A DNA stretch of 64,000 bases from Candidatus Omnitrophota bacterium. GTDB taxonomy: Bacteria > Omnitrophota > Gorgyraeia > Gygaellales > UBA12090. The stretch is taken from the NCBI GenBank assembly GCA_030674475.1, contig JAUSCZ010000022.1, positions 2,628-66,627 of the forward strand, given 5' to 3'. Below are positions 37,374 through 46,240 of the stretch, in pieces (position 1 is the stretch's first letter; every line of letters starts with the position of its first letter). The notes under the pieces were generated by a model, which was given only the letters and a program-made list of their open reading frames with translations, did no database searches and had not been told where the DNA came from. Position numbers and translations under genes: made by a program.

Positions 37374-38162
37374 TTATTTCTTCCGGTAGGCATCCAGATA
37401 GGAATCGCAGTAAATATGTTTATTCAAAATCAAATCCGAGGTTATTGCTCCATCCATCAGGTCTTTATCCAGAGGGTCTAGTATTGCCCCGTCTAAGCCG
37501 TAGCCTACGGCCATAATCATAAAGGTCTTGTTGATCAAGCCGCGCTGGCAGGTGCCCTGGGAAACATTGCTTAAACCCACCACCGTCTTGGGCGCCGGGT
37601 CAGAGATGATCTTAAACTCCCTTAGGGATTCTAAAATATCCTTCATCTGCGACTGGGCGACATTCACCGGCATCACAATCGGATCTAAAAAGAGGTCCTC
37701 CACGGGAAAACCTTTTTCCTGGGCCGAGGCCACAATCATAGCCGCCAATTCCAAGCGCTGGTCCTTATTCTGGGGGATGCCTTTTTTACTGATAGTCAGC
37801 CCGATCAGCCGGGCATTATATCTCATAGCCAGAGGAATAAGGATATCTAATTTTTCCTGGTCAGCAGTAGTGGAATTTATTATGGCCTTATTCTTGAGGA
37901 CTTTAAGCCCGGATTCAATCACTTGAGTCCGGCTGGAATCTATGGAAAGCGGTTTATCGGTAACCTCTTGAATAGTATTCACCAGCCACTGAATGTCGTT
38001 GATTGGGTCTTTTGAAGCCGGGCCGCAGTTTACATCCAGGGCGTCCGCGCCGGCCTTGATCTGTTCCAGGGCCTTATTCTGAATAATACTTTTATCTTTA
38101 GTCTGGATAGCCTTGCCGATATCCTTATACATCCCATTAATTAACTCACCGATTATAAACAT
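37374..38162 (-). CDS. acsE: Methyltetrahydrofolate:corrinoid Fe-S protein methyltransferase
   Basis: IIGELINGM, LDVNCGP, SIDS, INSTT, LDP, GLSNVSQ pterin-binding barrel next to acsD. Confidence 0.9.
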   Translation of the reverse strand: MFIIGELINGMYKDIGKAIQTKDKSIIQNKALEQIKAGADALDVNCGPASKDPINDIQWLVNTIQEVTDKPLSIDSSRTQVIESGLKVLKNKAIINSTTADQEKLDILIPLAMRYNARLIGLTISKKGIPQNKDQRLELAAMIVASAQEKGFPVEDLFLDPIVMPVNVAQSQMKDILESLREFKIISDPAPKTVVGLSNVSQGTCQRGLINKTFMIMAVGYGLDGAILDPLDKDLMDGAITSDLILNKHIYCDSYLDAYRKK

Positions 38163-38233
38163 TTCTTCCTCCCTTTGGTCGTCAGAGATTACAGAGTACA
38201 GAGTACAGAAAAAACTATTATTCGCGAACTTCG

Positions 38234-39199
38234 CTATTCCTTCATTAATTCATCTATGTGTTTTCTGACTAATTCCACGGCTTTAGGATGACGCATCACC
38301 AAAATATCCGCTCCGGCCTGCAGGAAGGTGGTGGCGGTAAGTGCCTCCCAGGCAATACCCCGTTCTAACTGCTTTCCCCAGGTTGGAAATTCAGTTTCCG
38401 AGGCCTTGGCTTCTTTGGCTCTCCAGGCCTCATACCCCACAAAGCAAATAAAAGGCATTCCTAACATTTTATCCCCGGAGAGAGCGGCTAAGCGCGCCCG
38501 TTCCATTATGGAGTAGGCGTATTCCAGGCCGTAACCTAGAGCTCCCACCGTGGGGTTAATCACAATTCGTTCTATGGACATTGACATATCGCTGATGAGA
38601 ATATTAAGCTGTTTAGCAATATTTATGTCAATGGGTGACTGGGCGATAATGCTGTGTCCGTCGGCCAGCGCGCTGGCAGTTAAGGTTTTATAATTTGCCT
38701 GGACTGTTTCCCCAATCAATAGGCGCTCCCCCTTGGCGGCTTGAGAACATAGCGGCAATATTTCATTATCCCGCTTGTCCTCGCCGCAGCCGATTAAAAT
38801 CAAAGGGATGGTAGTAGCCTGTAAAATATCCTTAACTACCTTGGTTAATTGCTCAGCCGGTCTGTTTTGGGCGTCGGGATGGGCTCCGGCCAGACGCAGG
38901 CAGATCAGATCCGCCTTATAATCCTTTTCGCATTTCACCGCCCATTCCACCGGGTTTTTTATGGCTGGTCCGATAGCGGAAGTTAGGCTTTGCGGCCAGT
39001 CGTCCGGCTCGACATCCAGCACTTCCATAGCGATTACCGGCCGGTGAGGAGTCTTCCCTTCCGCGAACAAGAAAGGAAGCCCTTCTTCGCCTCCACAGCG
39101 GACTACCGACGAACGGGTTCCTCCCTCATCCTTAAGCGCCCCGATAGTTACCACGGCCACCGCGTTAGACCACTTTTCTTTAACCAAATCCAGTGCCAT
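38234..39199 (-). CDS. acsD: Corrinoid Fe-S protein small (delta) subunit
   Basis: SPIDINIAKQLN, ALGYGLEYAYSIMER, AGADILVMRHP. Confidence 0.95.
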   Translation of the reverse strand: MALDLVKEKWSNAVAVVTIGALKDEGGTRSSVVRCGGEEGLPFLFAEGKTPHRPVIAMEVLDVEPDDWPQSLTSAIGPAIKNPVEWAVKCEKDYKADLICLRLAGAHPDAQNRPAEQLTKVVKDILQATTIPLILIGCGEDKRDNEILPLCSQAAKGERLLIGETVQANYKTLTASALADGHSIIAQSPIDINIAKQLNILISDMSMSIERIVINPTVGALGYGLEYAYSIMERARLAALSGDKMLGMPFICFVGYEAWRAKEAKASETEFPTWGKQLERGIAWEALTATTFLQAGADILVMRHPKAVELVRKHIDELMKE

Positions 39200-39224
39200 A
39201 TTCTCTTCCTTTCTCGCCGTTTTA

Positions 39225-39284
39225 TTTGGGGGTCAAACCTCAACCTTAGAAGTTAGTTTCTATTGTTGAGGTCTGACCCCCAAT
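39225..39284. repeat. GGGGTCAGACC-type inverted repeat overlapping the cooC 3' end
   Basis: TTGGGGGTCAAACCTCAAC...GTTGAGGTCTGACCCCCAA; encodes final LGVRPQQ*. Confidence 0.7.
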
Positions 39285-40021
39285 ATTTTATCCAGTATAT
39301 TTTTTAATTCTTTATAGGCTTGGGATGATTCCTCAAGATGGGTGATGGATTTGCCCTGGCGGCTTAAGCTTAACAGGGACTCGTCTTCAGGGATGACTCC
39401 GATCAGCTCAACTCCTAATTCCTCGATTTTATCTTTAAGAAAAATCTGAGGACAGCGGTTGAGCAATAAGTAAACCTTTCTGACTTCGATCTCCAGCTCT
39501 TTAACTAAGTTGATTATCCTTTTGGCCGCCCGCAGTCCGGCCTCGGAAGAATCCGAAACCAGCAGTAGGCGATCCGCCCGGCGCATTGTCCTTCGCGAGA
39601 GATGCTCAAATCCGGCCTCATTATCAATCACGATATAGTCGTAATCATCGGCTAATCTTTTAAGCAGGGTCCTCAGGAGGTTATTCACGAAGCAGTAGCA
39701 GCCCGGCCCCTCGGGACGGCCCATAGCCAGAAGGTCAAAACCGTCTTCCTCTATGATGCTGGTCTGGATGCGGTAATCAATATAGGCATCCTTGGTCATC
39801 CCCGTGGGGATACTGGCGGGATTTTTGGCCACGAAATCCACAATCGTCCCGATGTCATCCTTGGTTTTTAGGCCTAAGCTCTCGGCTAAATTGCTGTTGG
39901 GGTCGGCGTCTATGCCTAAGACCGTGCCGGTCTTGCGCTTAGCCAGCAGACTGACCAAAAGTGAGGATATGGTGGTTTTTCCGGTTCCGCCTTTTCCGGC
40001 GATGGCGATGATAAAGCTCAT
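39260..40021 (-). CDS. cooC: CooC/AcsF nickel-insertion ATPase
   Basis: GKGGTGKTT, IDADP, GPGCYC, DNEAGFEHLSR. Confidence 0.92.
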   Translation of the reverse strand: MSFIIAIAGKGGTGKTTISSLLVSLLAKRKTGTVLGIDADPNSNLAESLGLKTKDDIGTIVDFVAKNPASIPTGMTKDAYIDYRIQTSIIEEDGFDLLAMGRPEGPGCYCFVNNLLRTLLKRLADDYDYIVIDNEAGFEHLSRRTMRRADRLLLVSDSSEAGLRAAKRIINLVKELEIEVRKVYLLLNRCPQIFLKDKIEELGVELIGVIPEDESLLSLSRQGKSITHLEESSQAYKELKNILDKILGVRPQQ

Positions 40022-40054
40022 ATTCCTCCACTGTGCTTAAGGAGTAACTGGTTT

Positions 40055-40098
40055 TTACCCCTCCCCGCCTCCCCTTGCTAAGGGGAGGATTTCTTACC
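40055..40098. repeat. CCCCTCCCCGCCTCCCCTTG(G/C)TAAGGGGAGG element providing the RACo stop codon
   Basis: Same as the ispD/apbE copies except a loop G>C change giving TAG on minus strand (KSSP*). Confidence 0.85.
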
Positions 40099-42027
40099 AG
40101 TTACGCTGGGAAACTTAGATAAATCCGTATGGGGAAAAAACAAGGATGCCATATATTCATCCATATACCCCGGCTCAACCGACAGTTCAAAATAGGTTAT
40201 CTTTTTGGCAATCTCATCCGCGTCCATAATCGCCTCGTGGGAAAGCAGTATCTGTCGCGCGCCTACCAGGGAGCTGTTACCCACAAAGACAAATTTCTCT
40301 CTTGGTAGATCCGGCAGTAAACCGATAAATATGGCGTTGGGCATATCCACATAGGTGCCGAATCCTCCGCCGATATACACTTGCTCCAAATCATTAAAAC
40401 CAAACCCCATATGATTAACCAGCATTGCCGAGGCGGCGTATATCGCCCCTTTTGCCCGTTTTATATTCTCAATATCCATCTCATTAACTATCAGGTCGAC
40501 AGTTGTGCCGAGGCCTTCTTTAAAAGCAAGCACAAATTCCCGACCATACTCTCCTTCACGAATACGCCTATGGATGAGCTTAGGATCAAATTTTCCGCCG
40601 CGGTCAATAATCCCGGCCCTTAATAACTCGGCTATCGCGTCAATATAACCCGAACCGCAGACCCCGGATGCCGGGGTATCCAGGATAGTAGAATAAGTTA
40701 CCTCAAAGGTCTCAGGATTAATTTTTACCTTTTGGATCGCGCCTCGGGATGCCCGCATGCCGCAGGTAACCCCACTGCCTTCAAAGGCCGGCCCGGCGGA
40801 GGCCGCGCAGGCAATCAGCCAGTCTTTGCTCCCCAGGACTATTTCGCCGTTAGTGCCGATATCAATCAACAGGCTTAATTTCTCGGTCTTATCCATGCCG
40901 CAGGCTAAAACCCCCGCGGTAATATCTCCTCCCACATAGCTGGATATCCCGGGCACGCAGGCCAGAAGCCCGCGGGGATTTATTTTAATCCCGGCCTCAT
41001 AAGCCCTGACCACCGGAATAAAATTGGCCGTAGGCACATAAGGCTCCCTGCGAATATAGGTAGGGTCAACCCTAAGCAAAAGATGCATCATAGTGGTATT
41101 TCCAGCGCACAAACAGCAGGTTACATCATTGAGGTCAATATTGTTTTCCCGGGTCAGCTCCTGAATCATCAGATTCATCTCATCAATTACCGCGTGATGC
41201 AATTTCTCCAGGCCGTCGGTGCCCTGAGCAAAGATAATCCGGGTAATCACATCCGAGCCGTAAGAGGCCTGCTTATTGTAGGCGGCCTTGGTGCCGAGTA
41301 TTTTTTTGGTATTTAAGTCAATCAGCTGTCCGCAAATAGTAGTGGTGCCGATATCAAAGGCGAATCCAAAGTTGCGCTTTGAGGTATCTCCCGGCTCAAG
41401 TATCACAATTTCGGTGGTGCCGTTACGTTTGCCTAAAGTCGCGGTAATCTTCCAATCGCTTGAGCGCAATAGTTCTCCCAGCCTTCTAATATTAGACAGG
41501 CCGGTTTGTAACACCGGGAGGTCCTGCAAAGAACGGATTTGCCGGTAAAGCCGTTCCAAATCGCTGATTTTATCCTCCAGATTAGGCTTGGGCAGGTCCA
41601 GATATAGTTTACTGGCCAAAGGAGAGTGGATAAAGATATTTTCTCCTAAGATAGAGTCACCCTTATCCGTGTCCTCCGGCTCACTGAATATGCCTTTAAG
41701 CCGAAGCATATGGGCGTCATCTTTGGCCAATGTCCCGGAGTCTAAGCGGGATTCAGCCGGCACCTCTACCTCCAGATCGCTCTGGGCAACGCTAAGACAA
41801 GAAAGATGGTAGCCCTTTTTCCTCTCCTCAGCGCTGATTCTTCCGGTAGGCAAACTGACGGCCTGGCCTTTTTTAAGGATCACCTTACAGCGGCCACAGA
41901 CCCCGTCTCCGCCGCAGCTGGAATTGATATGTATTCCGGCAGAGATAGCCGCCGAAAGCAGGGTTATCCCCTTTTCCACTTCTACGGTTTTGTTGTCCGG
42001 TAAAAAAGTTATTTTGAATTTATCCAT
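40078..42027 (-). CDS. Reductive activator of corrinoid protein (RACo/AcsV; 2Fe-2S + ASKHA)
   Basis: SSCGGDGVCGRC...LSC 2Fe-2S, DIGTTT, DIGTNGE, SAGPAFEG, GVCGSG. Confidence 0.92.
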   Translation of the reverse strand: MDKFKITFLPDNKTVEVEKGITLLSAAISAGIHINSSCGGDGVCGRCKVILKKGQAVSLPTGRISAEERKKGYHLSCLSVAQSDLEVEVPAESRLDSGTLAKDDAHMLRLKGIFSEPEDTDKGDSILGENIFIHSPLASKLYLDLPKPNLEDKISDLERLYRQIRSLQDLPVLQTGLSNIRRLGELLRSSDWKITATLGKRNGTTEIVILEPGDTSKRNFGFAFDIGTTTICGQLIDLNTKKILGTKAAYNKQASYGSDVITRIIFAQGTDGLEKLHHAVIDEMNLMIQELTRENNIDLNDVTCCLCAGNTTMMHLLLRVDPTYIRREPYVPTANFIPVVRAYEAGIKINPRGLLACVPGISSYVGGDITAGVLACGMDKTEKLSLLIDIGTNGEIVLGSKDWLIACAASAGPAFEGSGVTCGMRASRGAIQKVKINPETFEVTYSTILDTPASGVCGSGYIDAIAELLRAGIIDRGGKFDPKLIHRRIREGEYGREFVLAFKEGLGTTVDLIVNEMDIENIKRAKGAIYAASAMLVNHMGFGFNDLEQVYIGGGFGTYVDMPNAIFIGLLPDLPREKFVFVGNSSLVGARQILLSHEAIMDADEIAKKITYFELSVEPGYMDEYMASLFFPHTDLSKFPSVTGKKSSP

Positions 42028-42036
42028 ATTTACATA

Positions 42037-42065
42037 GTAGGGAACGGTTTAGAACCGTTCCCTAC
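42037..42065. repeat. GTAG-type REP-like palindrome supplying the acsC stop codon
   Basis: GTAGGGAACGGTTTAGAACCGTTCCCTAC; CTA 42062-42064 is the acsC TAG. Confidence 0.8.
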
Positions 42066-43393
42066 GTTAAATTCTTTAAAAACGACGGGATGCCGGCGGC
42101 CTCTTTGGGCCCGACCACGATTTTCCAACCGCTTTTTTCTTCCAACTCCCCGCTCATTACCGCCACATATCCCGGGATAATTAAATTGCGGTGCTTGAGC
42201 TTCTCTTCAATCCCGGATTTCTTCAGACTGTCGGAGATTTTATCCGGGGTGAATTTCTCGGCGGCCCAGGCAGTCAGAACCGACATCCCCTCAGTATCCA
42301 CACTTAAGATATTCGTGGGAACCTTACTGGCCTCCACTTCCCCTAATACCGTGTAGTAGCTAAGAGAGAAATTAGTGGTAACCAGAACCGGAGAGTTTTC
42401 AGTGGTGTTTCCGATTGGATAAAGCTTGGGCTCAATCTGTAAAGGCTTCTGGGGATCGGTGTAGATATTCTGGCGCAGGGTAAGCAGTGAGAGGACTGCC
42501 CACTCCTCAAGGGTATTCAGCAAAATTATTCCGGCGTATTTGGCAAGATAATCTCCGGCCTTAATCAACTCCTGGTAAGAATCTAATTTTTCTATTACCG
42601 CGATAACCGGATAACCCAAATTGCGGTTATTCTTTTTTAAGGCCTGACGACGAATCTGGGTCAGTTCCCCGAGGGTTCGCGAGGGCTTATTATTGGTATT
42701 TACCGCGATAAGAATATCCTGAAGGCCGGATTCTTTAACCTTGGCGGCGAGCTCAGAAAGGCTATCAATGGAATCCGCCTTAACCGCCAAGGAAGCGCCG
42801 TACTCCTTAGCCAGGATTGAGAAAGCGTTTAAGTTCTCGGAATCGGCCGCGTAGATAAGCGGTTTTTTACCGGCTAATATCTTTAAGGCGTCCCCCAGGG
42901 CGGTTTTGTCGTTACTGATTAAAGCCAGCGGCTGATTAATCCCTAAAACCAGCTTAAGGACTTCGATGAATCTTTCCCCGGTTTGAGTTTGTTTTATGGC
43001 AATGAGATCGGTCTTAATCAACTGCCCCACCCGCTCAAAGTGAAACTGCTTTATCTTTTCCAAGCGCTGGGTTATTTCCTGGTTGGAAAGGCTGTCTTCA
43101 ATAATAAATCCAATGGCGCAGGGGTGATGAAATTTCTCCTCGTGACGAAAAAGAACGGTTTCATTTCCCACCTCCACCTTGTTGGCATCATCTCCTAAAG
43201 TAATTAATTTTATCGGCGGCTGGGACTGCGCCTCCAGGGCGGCCTTGGCCTGTTCGCTGACAAAAGGACATTTAGCCAATACCACCGCTTTTTTGGCTAA
43301 AGAAAGGGCGAAGGCCAGACAGGTGGGGAATCCGCACTGGCGGCAGTTGGTTTTAGGAAGAAGTTTGTAGATATCTAATCCGGATAAAGCCAT
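42062..43393 (-). CDS. acsC: Corrinoid Fe-S protein large (gamma) subunit
   Basis: LPKTNCRQCGFPTCLAFA...CP, LFRHEE, IYTDPQKP, TTNFSLSY, SVLTAWAA. Confidence 0.95.
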   Translation of the reverse strand: MALSGLDIYKLLPKTNCRQCGFPTCLAFALSLAKKAVVLAKCPFVSEQAKAALEAQSQPPIKLITLGDDANKVEVGNETVLFRHEEKFHHPCAIGFIIEDSLSNQEITQRLEKIKQFHFERVGQLIKTDLIAIKQTQTGERFIEVLKLVLGINQPLALISNDKTALGDALKILAGKKPLIYAADSENLNAFSILAKEYGASLAVKADSIDSLSELAAKVKESGLQDILIAVNTNNKPSRTLGELTQIRRQALKKNNRNLGYPVIAVIEKLDSYQELIKAGDYLAKYAGIILLNTLEEWAVLSLLTLRQNIYTDPQKPLQIEPKLYPIGNTTENSPVLVTTNFSLSYYTVLGEVEASKVPTNILSVDTEGMSVLTAWAAEKFTPDKISDSLKKSGIEEKLKHRNLIIPGYVAVMSGELEEKSGWKIVVGPKEAAGIPSFLKNLT

Positions 43394-43411
43394 ATTTTCT
43401 CCTCACTTTAT

Positions 43412-43480
43412 GTGCGATAAATCGCACCGCTACGGTAGCGGCGTCACTTATGACGCCTACAAACGGCGCGTTTTATCGCG
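43412..43480. repeat. Cluster of GTAGCGG-type REP-like palindromes
   Basis: GTGCGATAAATCGCACCGCTAC, GTAGCGGCGTCACTTATGACGCCTAC and a partial copy over the fmdE stop. Confidence 0.75.
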
Positions 43481-43889
43481 ATAGAAAAATAGATCTGACC
43501 CCTTTTTTATAAAACTCCATGGCTATCTTTTCTGATGTAAGATGGTCAACCGCGGACTTGAGCCTTTCAAGAGTCTCCTCACTTAAAAAGACAGTCAACT
43601 CTTTTGTCGTCTTGAGATCGCGGAAATTGACCTTGATTGCTTTCCCGCCATATTTCGCGATATTACCTTTACCGTAGGTGCAGCCGGTAGAGAGCTGTAA
43701 TCCGTCAATAAGGCAGGACTTGGGCTTGTTTTTCGCTCCCCAGACTTTTACCTCCAGGCCAAAATGCGGCCGGGCCCGCATTTTTTTTAAAGCATACTCA
43801 CCCATCAAGAGGCCTAAAACCAAATAAGGGCCTAAATGGCCGTGAAAATCAATTGCTGTTTTTAGTTGGATCTTTAATATTCTTCGCAT
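43473..43889 (-). CDS. FmdE family protein
   Basis: FHGHLGPYLVLG, SCLIDGLQLSTGCTYGKGN. Confidence 0.85.
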   Translation of the reverse strand: MRRILKIQLKTAIDFHGHLGPYLVLGLLMGEYALKKMRARPHFGLEVKVWGAKNKPKSCLIDGLQLSTGCTYGKGNIAKYGGKAIKVNFRDLKTTKELTVFLSEETLERLKSAVDHLTSEKIAMEFYKKGVRSIFLSR

Positions 43890-43918
43890 AGCACAGAATC
43901 ATGTAAAATCTTTAGCGC

Positions 43919-45301
43919 TCAAGAGGCAGATTTTACTTGATTTTTAAGGTAGTTGTCTATTGCCAGGGCGGCTTTTTTGCCCGCGCCCATTGCCGCGATT
44001 ACCGTATCCGCGCCGGTTACTATATCTCCCCCGGCAAATACTCCCGGAATTGAAGTCATCAAGTTTTCATCCACAAAAATCGTTCCCTGAGGATTGACTT
44101 TAATCCGGCTTTCCGCTTTTCCCAGCAGGGGATTGGGAGTTTGGCCTATAGCCACGATAACCGTATCCACATCTAAAACAAAATCGGAATCTTTGAGTGG
44201 AAGAGGTCTCTTTCTTCCTGAGGCATCCGGCTCGCCTAATTTCATTTTCTGGCACTCCAGACCCCGGACAAAGCCCTTATCGTCACCCAATATCCTTAGC
44301 GGTTGAGTCAAAAGCTGTAAATGCACCCCTTCTTCCTGGGCATTCTCTATTTCTTCAATCCTGGCCGGCATCTCTGTTTCAGTGCGGCGGTAGACTATAC
44401 TAACTTCACAGCCCAGCCGCAAAGCGCACCGGGCGCTGTCAAAAGCCACATTACCCGCCCCGATCACCGCGATTTTTTTGCCGATATTGATGGGGGTTTT
44501 ATACTCGGGAAATTTATAGGCCTTCATCAGGTTTATCCGGGTCAGGAATTCATTCGCGGAATACACCCGGTCCAGATTCTCACCCGGTATGCCCAAAAAC
44601 TGAGGTAGGCCGGCCCCCAGGCCAAGGAAGACCGCCCGATAACCTTTCTCAAAAAGTTCATTTAGGCTAAAGGTCTTCCCGATTAAAATATCGGTTTTTA
44701 TTTCTACCCCTAAACCTTGGATATACCCTAATTCTTCGGCTACGATTTTTTTAGGCAGGCGGAATTCAGGTATGCCGTAGGAAAGCACCCCTCCGGCTGA
44801 ATGCAGGGATTCAAAGAGCGTAACTAAAAAACCCATTTTAGCAAGGTCAGCCGCTGCTGTCAAGCCCGCAGGGCCGGAACCAACCACCGCGATTTTTAAA
44901 TTGTTTTTCTTTGCTGACTGCTGACTGCCGACTGCCGACTGCTTTCCGTAATCCGAGGCGTATCTTTCCAACGCTCCGATGTTTATAGGAATATTTTTCT
45001 TATTTAAAATACACCTGCCTTCACATTGGTCTTCCTGCGGACAGACCCGGCCGCAGACCGCGGGCAGGTTATTTTTTTCTTTGATTTTCCTTAAAGCTTC
45101 TTCGGGCTTATTCTCTCTCAGCAGGCGGATAAAGGAAGGGATATCGATACCTACCGGACAGCCCTTTACGCATAAAGGCTCCTTGCATAAAAGACAGCGC
45201 TCTGTCTCTAATCGCGCCTGGTCATTAGAATACCCACAAGAAACCTCGGAGAAGTTTTTTATCCTTTCTCCTATATCCTGTTGTTTAGCTTTATTGCGCA
45301 T
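43919..45301 (-). CDS. nfnB: NfnB/GltD-like NADPH oxidoreductase (electron-bifurcating transhydrogenase large subunit)
   Basis: RCLLCKEPLCVKGCP, CGRVCPQEDQCE, GSGPAG, YGIPEFRLP; directly downstream of nfnA-like gene. Confidence 0.85.
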   Translation of the reverse strand: MRNKAKQQDIGERIKNFSEVSCGYSNDQARLETERCLLCKEPLCVKGCPVGIDIPSFIRLLRENKPEEALRKIKEKNNLPAVCGRVCPQEDQCEGRCILNKKNIPINIGALERYASDYGKQSAVGSQQSAKKNNLKIAVVGSGPAGLTAAADLAKMGFLVTLFESLHSAGGVLSYGIPEFRLPKKIVAEELGYIQGLGVEIKTDILIGKTFSLNELFEKGYRAVFLGLGAGLPQFLGIPGENLDRVYSANEFLTRINLMKAYKFPEYKTPINIGKKIAVIGAGNVAFDSARCALRLGCEVSIVYRRTETEMPARIEEIENAQEEGVHLQLLTQPLRILGDDKGFVRGLECQKMKLGEPDASGRKRPLPLKDSDFVLDVDTVIVAIGQTPNPLLGKAESRIKVNPQGTIFVDENLMTSIPGVFAGGDIVTGADTVIAAMGAGKKAALAIDNYLKNQVKSAS

Positions 45302-45333
45302 CTATTCTTATTCGTATCTTCTCAATCCGTATC

Positions 45334-46155
45334 TTAAAGACTATCTTCTTTTTCTTTAAATGAATTCAACCTCTTCTTTAGCTCTTCGAAGTCAACTTGA
45401 TGGCCGTCAAATTCCGGGCCGTCAACACAGCCAAATACAACCTTACCCCCCACACTCACCCGGCAGCTTCCGCACATTCCGGTAGCGTCAACCATTATCG
45501 GATTAAGGCTGACAATGGTCTTGATGTTATACATTTTAGTTAAATTAGAAACTGCCTGCATCATCACTACCGGGCCGACAGCATACACACGATTAGGATA
45601 CAGGGTATGGGTAGATTTCTCTACTGAAGTAAACAGGTCTTGGAGTATATCGGTAACCAATCCCTTTTTTCCTAAGGAGCCGTCATCGGTAGTAATAAAA
45701 AATTCATCACAGAGCTCTCGCAGTTCTTCTTTTAGGATGATTAAGCTCTCTTTACGGGCCCCGATAATTCCCAGCACCCGGTTTCCCGCCTTTTTCATTG
45801 CCTTAACCACCGGATAGATTTCAGCTATGCCCACTCCCCCGCCTACGCAGATAACCGTGCCGAAATTCTCAATATCCGTAGGCTGGCCTAAGGGGCCTAA
45901 GATATGCTGAATTGAATCACCGGGGCCAAGCAGGCCGAGTTCCCGGGTGGAAAAACCTATTTCCTGGAATATCAGGGTAATTGTTCCCTCTTGAGGGTTT
46001 AAATCGGCGATGGTTAAAGGAATGCGCTCGGAACTTTCTTTACTCACAATAACTACAAATTGTCCGGGCCGGGCCTTACGGGCTATTTCCCCGGCCTCCA
46101 CAACTATCTTTTTTATCTGAGGAGCAAGATTAGTTTTTTCAATTATTTTAAACAT
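45334..46155 (-). CDS. nfnA: NfnA/SudB-like FAD/NAD-binding 2Fe-2S subunit
   Basis: PGQFV, ERIPLTIAD, GGGVG, MVDATGMCGSCR, CVDGPEFDG. Confidence 0.88.
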   Translation of the reverse strand: MFKIIEKTNLAPQIKKIVVEAGEIARKARPGQFVVIVSKESSERIPLTIADLNPQEGTITLIFQEIGFSTRELGLLGPGDSIQHILGPLGQPTDIENFGTVICVGGGVGIAEIYPVVKAMKKAGNRVLGIIGARKESLIILKEELRELCDEFFITTDDGSLGKKGLVTDILQDLFTSVEKSTHTLYPNRVYAVGPVVMMQAVSNLTKMYNIKTIVSLNPIMVDATGMCGSCRVSVGGKVVFGCVDGPEFDGHQVDFEELKKRLNSFKEKEDSL

Positions 46156-46169
46156 CTTTAAGTCAGTGA

Positions 46170-46240
46170 CTGGTTGATAGTTGATAGTTGATGGCTTATG
46201 GATTTTCGCTATACACTATAAACCATACACTATAAACTAT
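46170..46240. repeat. Inverted heptamer array (TAGTTGA/CTATAAA) overlapping the apbE stop
   Basis: TGATAGT repeats-ATGGCTTATGG-loop-CTATACA/CTATAAA repeats; same family as 61388-61450. Confidence 0.75.

Noticed and set aside
37374-46155. Selenocysteine or stop-codon reassignment in the redox genes
   Set aside because: ORFs are full length with ordinary stops; no in-frame UGA at conserved Cys positions was seen
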